Origin: a bacterium
GTDB lineage: Bacteria; Patescibacteriota; Minisyncoccia; Phycocordibacterales; CAIZLB01
Reading direction: 5' to 3'
Assembly (NCBI GenBank): GCA_027490575.1
Contig: JAIXXV010000032.1
Location: 13,211 to 77,210, forward strand
Length of the DNA: 64,000 bases
Part shown: positions 44,818 to 52,179 of the stretch, one piece after another
Numbering within the stretch: position 1 is the first letter of the stretch
Layout of the letters: each line of letters begins with the position of its first letter
The notes under the pieces: model-generated
The model's database searches: none
Told to the model about the DNA's origin: nothing
Seen by the model: only the letters and a program-made list of their open reading frames with translations
Position numbers and translations under genes: made by a program

Positions 44818-46161
44818 TTAACCGATAATCCCCTTTTTCAACATGTTTTGTCTTTTGAATTCAGCAATTCTATTGTCGATACTTGGTTTGTTGTATTTGT
44901 AGAATGCATAACCAGCGATCGAACTCCACAGTATCATTGCCAATGTTATAACTATCATCTTTGGACCAAAGTCTATACCTGTTGCAGGTACTTGGTTTAG
45001 GAATACTCCAGATACAGGTACACCAGTTACAGGTGTTTGATCTCTGATAACTGTTACGTTAGAAGCTACAGTGTTTGCAAAGATGGTTGTAGCACAAGTA
45101 GCGCTTACACTTTGACCATTTACAAATGCAGTAACACTCGCTGTCTTGTATCCAGGTATGTTGTAAGATCTAGTTAACTGAGCAGAATTTCCGAAAAGTC
45201 CATCAGTTCCTGACCAGTTGTATGAAGTTGCACCCCAGATATTTCCATTTACATACATAGTCCATGTAACGTTTTGGTTTATGAATGCAGTTGCAGGTGT
45301 AGCTACACAGTAAGCTCCGATAGGATTTACAGGTGGTACATAAGTGTCTTGTATAAGAACATTACATGATCTAGTGATTGATTGATTACCAGATGTGATA
45401 GTTACATAAGCTGTCTTGTATCCAAGTGATGCAAATCTTCCCGTAAATGATTGACCTGATGCACTTATACCATCACTTCCTGACCATACGTATGTGTAGT
45501 TTCCAGAACCTCCAGAAGCAGTTGCCATGAAAGTTAGGTTTTGATTAACAAATGCAGTTGAAGGACTAATGATACAGTTACCATTTAGAGTAGGTTCGGA
45601 AGGAGTGTTTGTATTTGAACCACCGCCACCTAGTACAACTAGACTGATGTTGTTGTTGTTTACAGGGTTAAATGTGTTTGAGTTGTTGTTTGTTGCACTA
45701 GCTGTACTGTTGTTTGTGTTAGTGTTTGTATTTCTGTTGGTATTTGTGTTTGTATTAGTATTTGAAGTATATACATACGAAAGCTGAGGGGCAGGTGTAA
45801 ATCCAAAACCTCCTCCACCACCTACATTGTTGTAGACATATCTTTGAGCTGGGGCCGCAACGAATCCTCCACCTACACGGTTTTGAACAGGTTGTACGTA
45901 TCTTTGCGTAGGGGCTGAAAATACAGGGTTTGAATATGTTGTATTCAATCTATATCCTGAAGAAGGACTTGAGTATACAGGGTTAGAGTAAGTTGTATTC
46001 AATCTATACCCAGAACCCGTTGTTCCAACACCTGACAAGCCAGAGCTTGTTTTAGATGCAAAAGTAACTCCTGGAAACAGCGTCACAGAAGAGACCAAAA
46101 TGGCTAGAAATATGAATTTCCCCGCTTTTTGTAGACTTTTTATATTTGTAATTGTTTTCAT
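44818..46161 (-). CDS. Cell-surface protein: signal peptide, low-complexity Asn/Thr/Gly region, two PKD-like Ig domains, conserved C-terminal anchor module
   Basis: The repeat C-x-P-x-A-F-x-NQ...GSGNYTYVWSGSDG...GYKTAYVT occurs twice. The C-terminus is PVSGVFLNQVPATG + TM + KYNK...AEFKRQNMLKKG. Confidence 0.7.
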   Translation of the reverse strand: MKTITNIKSLQKAGKFIFLAILVSSVTLFPGVTFASKTSSGLSGVGTTGSGYRLNTTYSNPVYSSPSSGYRLNTTYSNPVFSAPTQRYVQPVQNRVGGGFVAAPAQRYVYNNVGGGGGFGFTPAPQLSYVYTSNTNTNTNTNRNTNTNTNNSTASATNNNSNTFNPVNNNNISLVVLGGGGSNTNTPSEPTLNGNCIISPSTAFVNQNLTFMATASGGSGNYTYVWSGSDGISASGQSFTGRFASLGYKTAYVTITSGNQSITRSCNVLIQDTYVPPVNPIGAYCVATPATAFINQNVTWTMYVNGNIWGATSYNWSGTDGLFGNSAQLTRSYNIPGYKTASVTAFVNGQSVSATCATTIFANTVASNVTVIRDQTPVTGVPVSGVFLNQVPATGIDFGPKMIVITLAMILWSSIAGYAFYKYNKPSIDNRIAEFKRQNMLKKGIIG

Positions 46162-46200
46162 AATGTCAAAACTATATATTATATTTAAATAAAGTCAAGT

Positions 46201-46229
46201 AAAAAGGCCGACGTCCTGGGACGCCGACC
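46201..46229 (-). terminator. Terminator of lipoprotein gene 46251-46781
   Basis: Minus strand: ggtcggcgtcc cagg acgtcggcc (with G-U pairs) followed by ttttt. Confidence 0.65.
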
Positions 46230-46250
46230 TTGTTGCTCTTTTTGTTTTTT

Positions 46251-46781
46251 TCACCTTCGTGCATCGGGAGGTGGTTGGTAGAGCGAACCAACCGTCCTGC
46301 CTGCCTGTGGAATCATCTGCGGAGGTCCATTTTGACCCTGAAGGTCACCGGGTGCGTAGATCATGCCAGTGGCATGATCCATGAACCATGGTTTGGAATC
46401 GTCCAGTGTCACCTTACTTTCGCGAGGAGCTCCGTGGGTCCTTTGGAACTCACGGAGTTGCTCGTCGTTGAAGTGATGGACGGTGCCGTCGTCCATAGTG
46501 ACGGTGTGTGTACGCGTAGCATAGCCGAGCAGACGTCTACCGTCTGGCATAGCCTGGCCGACATGATTGTCGGCTGAGCCTTGGACCACTTGTCCATGGC
46601 CCCACTGGTGATTTGGAGGTTGACCTCCGTTTTCTACAGTTTGACCATTGAATGCCATGGGCGCTTGACCCATAACCACCCCAGGTTGTTGGACAACTTG
46701 GCGCCGCTGTGGAACAGCAATGCAAGAGACGAAGCTGATCATGGTGACCAGTGCCAATACTAACAATTTCACTTTTTTCAT
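46251..46781 (-). CDS. G+C-rich secreted/lipoprotein-like orphan (Gln/Gly/Pro/His-rich)
   Basis: MKKVKLLVLALVTMISFVSC signal with a Cys at the end of the h-region. ATG 46781 is preferred. TGA stop. Confidence 0.5.
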   Translation of the reverse strand: MKKVKLLVLALVTMISFVSCIAVPQRRQVVQQPGVVMGQAPMAFNGQTVENGGQPPNHQWGHGQVVQGSADNHVGQAMPDGRRLLGYATRTHTVTMDDGTVHHFNDEQLREFQRTHGAPRESKVTLDDSKPWFMDHATGMIYAPGDLQGQNGPPQMIPQAGRTVGSLYQPPPDARR

Positions 46782-46975
46782 GATAATGAACGATTTTAGG
46801 GTTTGCTGAATGTACACTTTCGGTGCTTTACCGTGTGTAGTTGACTAGTATAATAGTATATTATGTCATATTTGTCAATAGTAATAATTGACTTTTATTA
46901 AAAATAGTGATATTAATATAAGCAGACAGATTCATTCTGAAATACCCTCAACCCAAAAATCCAAGACAAAACGAG

Positions 46976-47728
46976 ATGTCAGAAAACATGAAAAGCGCGT
47001 TCCTTACATACATCATGCTAGGTTTTACCAGCTTGATGGCCCAATACAACATCATAGTAGACGCAAGTCTGCAGATGGCCACCCTCTTCCAGGATGGCAA
47101 AATAGTTCAAGGTTTTGCCGAAATACCCATTGCCACCGGCATGCTAGGGCACGAGACCCCGGAGGGTACATGGAGTGTGCTGTCAGCTAAAGCCAGCGAC
47201 CGATCCAACAAATTTGGAGTGAATATGCCTTACTGCTTCAGAACCAACGCGATTGGTGGTGGTATCTGCATGCATGAAGGGCCGGTTTATCCAGGAGCAG
47301 CATCACACGGGTGCATTCGTATTCGTCACGACTTCGCCAAAAATCTTTTTGATAAAGTTGGCGATAACTGGAAATCTATGAAGATTGTAGTGGTTGGGTC
47401 AATTAAGGATTACATCAAGACAAGACTTGGTGGACTGGTGAGCTTTGACAAAGACGGTAGACCTGTAAAGTTTATCAGGGATTCGTCAGGTAGGCTTCCA
47501 GATGAGTTCCTAAAAGCTCTACATGACGGAAGAGTTACGCTCTTCTGCGAGAATAAAAGTGGTACGATTTCATTTGACCAAAATCAATGGTTCATATCGC
47601 TTGAATTTTGGCAAGACAAGAGGTTAAAAGGAGTGACTCTATCAGAGCTACAATCAAGATTTGGCCAAAGGGTTAACCTCACTGAGAACCAAATCAAAGA
47701 ACTTCACAGGAGAGTTGAAAGGTATTAG
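46976..47728 (+). CDS. L,D-transpeptidase (YkuD domain) protein
   Basis: Catalytic motif GICMHEGPVYPGAASHGCIRIRHDF (SHGCIR). N-terminal hydrophobic segment. Confidence 0.75.
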   Translation: MSENMKSAFLTYIMLGFTSLMAQYNIIVDASLQMATLFQDGKIVQGFAEIPIATGMLGHETPEGTWSVLSAKASDRSNKFGVNMPYCFRTNAIGGGICMHEGPVYPGAASHGCIRIRHDFAKNLFDKVGDNWKSMKIVVVGSIKDYIKTRLGGLVSFDKDGRPVKFIRDSSGRLPDEFLKALHDGRVTLFCENKSGTISFDQNQWFISLEFWQDKRLKGVTLSELQSRFGQRVNLTENQIKELHRRVERY

Positions 47729-47748
47729 TTACCAAATCAACCCTCAGA

Positions 47749-47778
47749 GGCGCCGCCCAAAAGGTGGCGCTTTTTTTA
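47749..47778 (+). terminator. Terminator of the L,D-transpeptidase gene
   Basis: ggcgccgcc caaaa ggtggcgc followed by ttttttt. Confidence 0.7.
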
Positions 47779-47903
47779 ATGCACTGATTTTTATCTCGTA
47801 CGATTTATATAAAAAACCTATTGATAAATATAAAAAACCGCCCACTCCACGAATGGAGCAGACGGGCTTTGAGGGTATCTAAAGTCCTCACACCTAGAGA
47901 CAA

Positions 47904-48356
47904 CTACCAGAACCCTGGCTGGCACCCGCCACCAATACCACTACGGTCTGGATTCTGGTTGTAGATGTACTGCAGCTGGCCATAAGGATTCTGTGACCCG
48001 ATATGCGGTATAGGTCCACCACCGTGTAGATAGATAGGGTGACCAGATCTGGAGAATCCTCCGAATACCTGACCGCCTCCCCATCCACCAAAGCCTTGGT
48101 TGAAACCTTGGTTGATCCAAGGGTCAGCACAAGCACCGACAGGTGCAAGGCCTACACCGTCAAAGACAGGAAACCCGTCATCACAGATGACTGCACCTCC
48201 TCCGAAGCCATCGTCTAGAACGAGACAACTCGGCAAAGCCAAGCTACACACCAAAGCCATCAAGACAAGCTTGATTGCCTTTAGGAAGCGCACTGACCGC
48301 GAGACCAAGGGTAGCCGAGCTCCAGTGACAACACAACTGACTGATTTGTTTTTCAT
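47904..48356 (-). CDS. Gly-rich secreted/lipoprotein-like orphan (150 aa)
   Basis: ATG 48356 is preceded by GAAAGGCGGG. The signal segment ends LALPSC. Gly/Phe/Asn/Gln-rich mature part. Confidence 0.5.
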   Translation of the reverse strand: MKNKSVSCVVTGARLPLVSRSVRFLKAIKLVLMALVCSLALPSCLVLDDGFGGGAVICDDGFPVFDGVGLAPVGACADPWINQGFNQGFGGWGGGQVFGGFSRSGHPIYLHGGGPIPHIGSQNPYGQLQYIYNQNPDRSGIGGGCQPGFW

Positions 48357-48581
48357 ACTGACAACCCGCCTTTCAACCGGGTTCGAGCAAGGTTTTTTAG
48401 ACCCACTCTTTTGGTTTGGTTTTTGATTTCGATTTGATACCAATGTCTGACATTTTCACGCCAAATAAAGTTGGTATATTTCAAGCGAACACTGCCCCTA
48501 AAGAAGAATGCTCGTAACTAACCTGTAAAAATATTGCATTAGTTGAGACTAACTGTCAACCCCAACTTAGCCTGACACCGA

Positions 48582-48863
48582 TTATTTAAAACCGCCCATC
48601 ACAGCACCCTCCTCTTTCAATATCTCAATCTTCTTTTCCTTTCCCCTATTGTACCCGCCCGCCTTACCATCCGACCTGACAACTCTATGACACGGTACAG
48701 CAGTATTGTAGTTTTTGTTTAATATATTTCCCACAGCACGAAAAGCATTTGGACTTCCAGCACGAAGAGCCACCTCTTTATAAGTCAAAGTCTTGCCTTT
48801 TGGTATGGACCTGACAGCATCGTATACGCTTTCAGAAAAAGTTTTTATTGTTTGAGACTTCAT
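48582..48863 (-). CDS. ogt: Methylated-DNA--protein-cysteine methyltransferase (MGMT/Ogt DNA-binding domain protein)
   Basis: Active-site PCHRVV. 93 aa. Confidence 0.8.
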   Translation of the reverse strand: MKSQTIKTFSESVYDAVRSIPKGKTLTYKEVALRAGSPNAFRAVGNILNKNYNTAVPCHRVVRSDGKAGGYNRGKEKKIEILKEEGAVMGGFK

Positions 48864-48979
48864 CGTTATTATTTTTTATAAAATTATCTCATTGTTTCGC
48901 GAGGGTTTGGCACAGCCCGCCCTTTTTTCTCTCACATACAGTCATCCTTTTTTTCTTTCGCCTTTTTTCTTTCGCTCAT

Positions 48980-49726
48980 TTACCCCCTAGTCCCAACATA
49001 ATCCGCCTCCACCACATATCTATCATTCTTTGTTCCAAAACTATCACATGTCGATATGGTTAGCATATTTCTTGTTGTATCAAACTTTATCAAAGCTTCG
49101 TTTTTGTCTACCTTATTAACACTTTTTACTTTGTATACAAAAGTAGTACTACCTGATTGCAAAAGTATCTCGTCGCCAGCTCTCACTTTGTGGAGCTCAT
49201 TGAAAACCCTATATGCTTGGTTTTGCACAACTCTAAAACCAGTACTATGCCCGAAGATAAACATATTACCTTTTCCTATAGACCCTGATCCAGGATATCG
49301 CACAGCTCCCTTTTTAAGCTCATTATCAAGTACGGTAATACTAGTTGAGCTAGGATTTTTTACTATAGTGTTTATATCAAGTGAAGGTACTATCAATCTA
49401 TCTGGCACAATGATTTTTCCGTCACCAATACCTGGGCCACTTGTTCCACCAGAACTATTGGCGTCTGAAGATTGAGCAGATGGATTTGTTGAGTTTAGTA
49501 TTCCCAAGGCTGAATGACCCGGTCTATCACCCGCCAAAGGCTCCTGTCCTGAAGTAGGATTATTGAAAAGAGTGTCTACGATGCCGCCATCGGAGCTTTG
49601 TCTAAGTTCACTCGGCAATAAGCCTGTGACAGCCAATAACAAAGCCGATCCTAAAAATACCATGGCAAAAAAACCGATAAATCGGACCTCATTAGTTGAA
49701 AATATATTTTTGAACCATTTTTCCAT
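48980..49726 (-). CDS. Sortase-family transpeptidase
   Basis: N-terminal TM, conserved His (IFGHSTGF), catalytic Cys in LTISTCD and a downstream Arg. ATG 49726 is preferred over the track start at 49804. Confidence 0.8.
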   Translation of the reverse strand: MEKWFKNIFSTNEVRFIGFFAMVFLGSALLLAVTGLLPSELRQSSDGGIVDTLFNNPTSGQEPLAGDRPGHSALGILNSTNPSAQSSDANSSGGTSGPGIGDGKIIVPDRLIVPSLDINTIVKNPSSTSITVLDNELKKGAVRYPGSGSIGKGNMFIFGHSTGFRVVQNQAYRVFNELHKVRAGDEILLQSGSTTFVYKVKSVNKVDKNEALIKFDTTRNMLTISTCDSFGTKNDRYVVEADYVGTRG

Positions 49727-49873
49727 ATTATTTATATGTATTTTATATGAGCTATGTTTATACAAGTATTTTAAACAAGCGTTTATAAGAGTATTATAGC
49801 CCAACCTTTACCTGTATTATAGCCCGAATCCCAAAGATTGACAATATATCTATATATGATATAATTTATTTAT

Positions 49874-51127
49874 ATGAAAAACTTTATTAAAATCATTATC
49901 ATAGTAGCAATACTGGTTATACTGGTATTTCTAAGTGTTGGTATAGTGCGTATTGTACCTAGAGTAGTGTCTTCCCTAGCCTCAGCTACGGTGTCACTTG
50001 GCTCATTTTTTACTGGTGGTTCAGACAGCAATGCCACTTCAACTTCAAGTAGTGGTAACAGTACTAACAATAATGGTACTCAAACATCTACATCTACAAG
50101 TGGAAATGGTTTTGTAGTGATTAATGGAACATCAACAAATTCTAGCAATGAAGATGATAGATCATTGGTCAATATACTTAGACCAAACAATACTTCAGGG
50201 CAACCTACTCAAGGTTCAAACAATTCAAACACTTCGAATGTAAAGAACTCTGTAAACAATTCTGCAAACGCAGGTACAGGCAACGTCTCTTATGTTGCAA
50301 ATACATGTACTAACGGTCGTGTATCTGATCTTGCCGTGAGAGTGCTTTCTCGTGGTGTTATGAACAAGGCTACAGGTCAATACATAGAGACCAACTCATT
50401 TACATCAGCTGACACTGTCATCGTAAAGTTTATAGCTGAAAACAGAGGAAGCTGTCCTACGGGCACATGGAGTCTAAGAGTAGACATGCCATCACAAAAC
50501 ACAGCTGATAGAGTTAGAAATATAGTAAACGTAGCTAGTCTTCCTGCTGGTTCTACAGTAACAGGTGAAGTTAACTTCACTACACCTGTAGTTGGAAATT
50601 CAAATGTAACTCTAACAGTAACTGATAACTCAGGTAGAGATTCAAATCTTTCAAACAATACAGTACCGACTTCGATTACGACTATTGCTACTAACACAGG
50701 TACAAATCCTGGAACACCTATCACAGGTGATGGAAGACCTGACCTGGCAGTGCGAATACTTAGAATGGGTACACTTGGATTCAATAACCAATTCGTCCCT
50801 ATCGCAAATACTTCATCTAACTTCGGCGGTAACTTCAGAGTTGGTGAAAGAGTTGCAGTACAATTTGAAGTCATTAACCAAGGACAAACACCTACTGGTG
50901 CATGGACATGGAGAGCTGACTCTGTAGCATTTCAAAATGGAAGCTATACAAACAATCAGTATGAAAATTCAATCCCTGCAGGAGGCAGACTTGTATACAC
51001 TATTGGATTTGATAGTCAGACTATAGGTACAAACAATATCTCTGTCACAGCAGATCATTTGAACCAAGTAAATGAGTTCAATGAATCAAACAATATCGCT
51101 GGTGTTAGTTTCAATGTTGGATACTAA
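49874..51127 (+). CDS. Secreted protein with two CARDB-like domains
   Basis: N-terminal TM/signal and an S/T/N-rich linker. Two units begin with DLAVRxL and the second ends with NEFNESNN (CARDB-type). Confidence 0.6.
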   Translation: MKNFIKIIIIVAILVILVFLSVGIVRIVPRVVSSLASATVSLGSFFTGGSDSNATSTSSSGNSTNNNGTQTSTSTSGNGFVVINGTSTNSSNEDDRSLVNILRPNNTSGQPTQGSNNSNTSNVKNSVNNSANAGTGNVSYVANTCTNGRVSDLAVRVLSRGVMNKATGQYIETNSFTSADTVIVKFIAENRGSCPTGTWSLRVDMPSQNTADRVRNIVNVASLPAGSTVTGEVNFTTPVVGNSNVTLTVTDNSGRDSNLSNNTVPTSITTIATNTGTNPGTPITGDGRPDLAVRILRMGTLGFNNQFVPIANTSSNFGGNFRVGERVAVQFEVINQGQTPTGAWTWRADSVAFQNGSYTNNQYENSIPAGGRLVYTIGFDSQTIGTNNISVTADHLNQVNEFNESNNIAGVSFNVGY

Positions 51128-51194
51128 TTTACAGGTAAACATCTTCTCCATAAGTACGGCGCTATAAAAATCCAATATCTTACATAAAAAATAA

Positions 51195-51232
51195 GTAAAC
51201 CTCAGTAGAAATACTGGGGGTTTACTTTTTTG
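51195..51232 (+). terminator. Terminator of the CARDB-like gene
   Basis: gtaaacctcag tagaaata ctgggggtttac followed by tttttt. Confidence 0.7.
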
Positions 51233-51255
51233 TATCTGTATGACAACATTATGTT

Positions 51256-51416
51256 CAGAAAGCGACTGAAAAGTTGCAATCTCTGAGCATAGCCTTATGG
51301 GCCGTATCCTCAGGGGTATAGCTTAAATGGTCAAATGTTCTGTTAAAAGTTCAACAAATTCAACAAAAATCAAACCGAGCGAAAGCTCACGGCCTTTAGA
51401 AAGGGGCCTTTAGTAT
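51256..51416 (+). promoter_or_regulatory. 5' leader of 2-TM gene H sharing boxes with the B1/B2 leaders
   Basis: CAGAAAGCGACTG (51256-51268; compare B1 CAGAAACGACTG), ATTCAACAAAAATC (from 51358), hairpin ggccttt aga aaggggcc, GGGGCC at 51403-51408. Confidence 0.4.
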
Positions 51417-52052
51417 ATGAGCAATGACAATGTTACTGGTATTGATTGTACAAATTGTGCTAAGGCCAAGCTAGCCGCTTGGTTTATGCAACAGTGGATA
51501 AACGAACATGTAGGTCACTACATCTCGTGTGATCCAATGCAACTTGAAGGCAGGGTTTGGTGGCAACAACTGTCATCGAAGACAGCAATCATTTCGTTTA
51601 TAATTCTTGTGGCATTTTGTTTAGTGACCGCATTTATTGGACCCGAGGAGACTGAAAAGCTGCGCTTTTTGGTAACTTACGGATTGTTCGTATTGTGCTT
51701 GCTAGCAGTGTCATTCATCGGCAACCTTGCCTTCATGACCTCTCAAGAACACATTGCAATGACATTGGCTTGGATGAAACACTTCAAGCACCTGTCTAAG
51801 ACCAGGGCATACTTGTTCTTGGTCCAACAAATGAAAGTACCGAAAGCGAATAGGCAACCGGGTTTCTGCAGGGAAACTCAGAACAAGTTCGAAGAACGGT
51901 TGCGTGCTGAGTTAGCCGATCTTGCAGGCAGATCCAGAAAAGGTAAACCAGGTTCAGCTGGACCATGCCACAAAACAAGCAAAGAGTTCAGGCACAAGCG
52001 AGAGGCCGCTGAAGCATTCGGTATTGTGGCGCGCTCTACTGGTACACCCTGA
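51417..52052 (+). CDS. Orphan 2-TM membrane protein H (third member of the B1/B2 architecture)
   Basis: 211 aa. A Cys-containing N-domain, two central TM helices (IISFIILVAFCLVTAFI, LFVLCLLAVSFIGNLAF) and a basic helical C-domain. TGA stop. Confidence 0.5.
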   Translation: MSNDNVTGIDCTNCAKAKLAAWFMQQWINEHVGHYISCDPMQLEGRVWWQQLSSKTAIISFIILVAFCLVTAFIGPEETEKLRFLVTYGLFVLCLLAVSFIGNLAFMTSQEHIAMTLAWMKHFKHLSKTRAYLFLVQQMKVPKANRQPGFCRETQNKFEERLRAELADLAGRSRKGKPGSAGPCHKTSKEFRHKREAAEAFGIVARSTGTP

Positions 52053-52069
52053 GTAAGTAATGGTACGAC

Positions 52070-52101
52070 ATGCCGTGTGGAAAACCCACACGGCATTTTT
52101 A
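52070..52101 (+). terminator. Terminator of gene H
   Basis: atgccgtgtgg aaaa cccacacggcat followed by ttttt. Confidence 0.75.
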
Positions 52102-52179
52102 TGTATTTAAAACTTGTGTATAAATAGTATTTTTAGTGGTGCAACATTATTACACAACTATGCCAGTCTATGGATCAAA

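Noticed and set aside
44818-46161. A diversity-generating retroelement (template/variable repeat pair) targeting the surface proteins.
   Set aside because: The only inter-gene repeat I found is the ~40-nt anchor-motif region shared with 62848-62890. It shows no adenine-specific mismatches, and no reverse transcriptase or Avd-like ORF is in the window.
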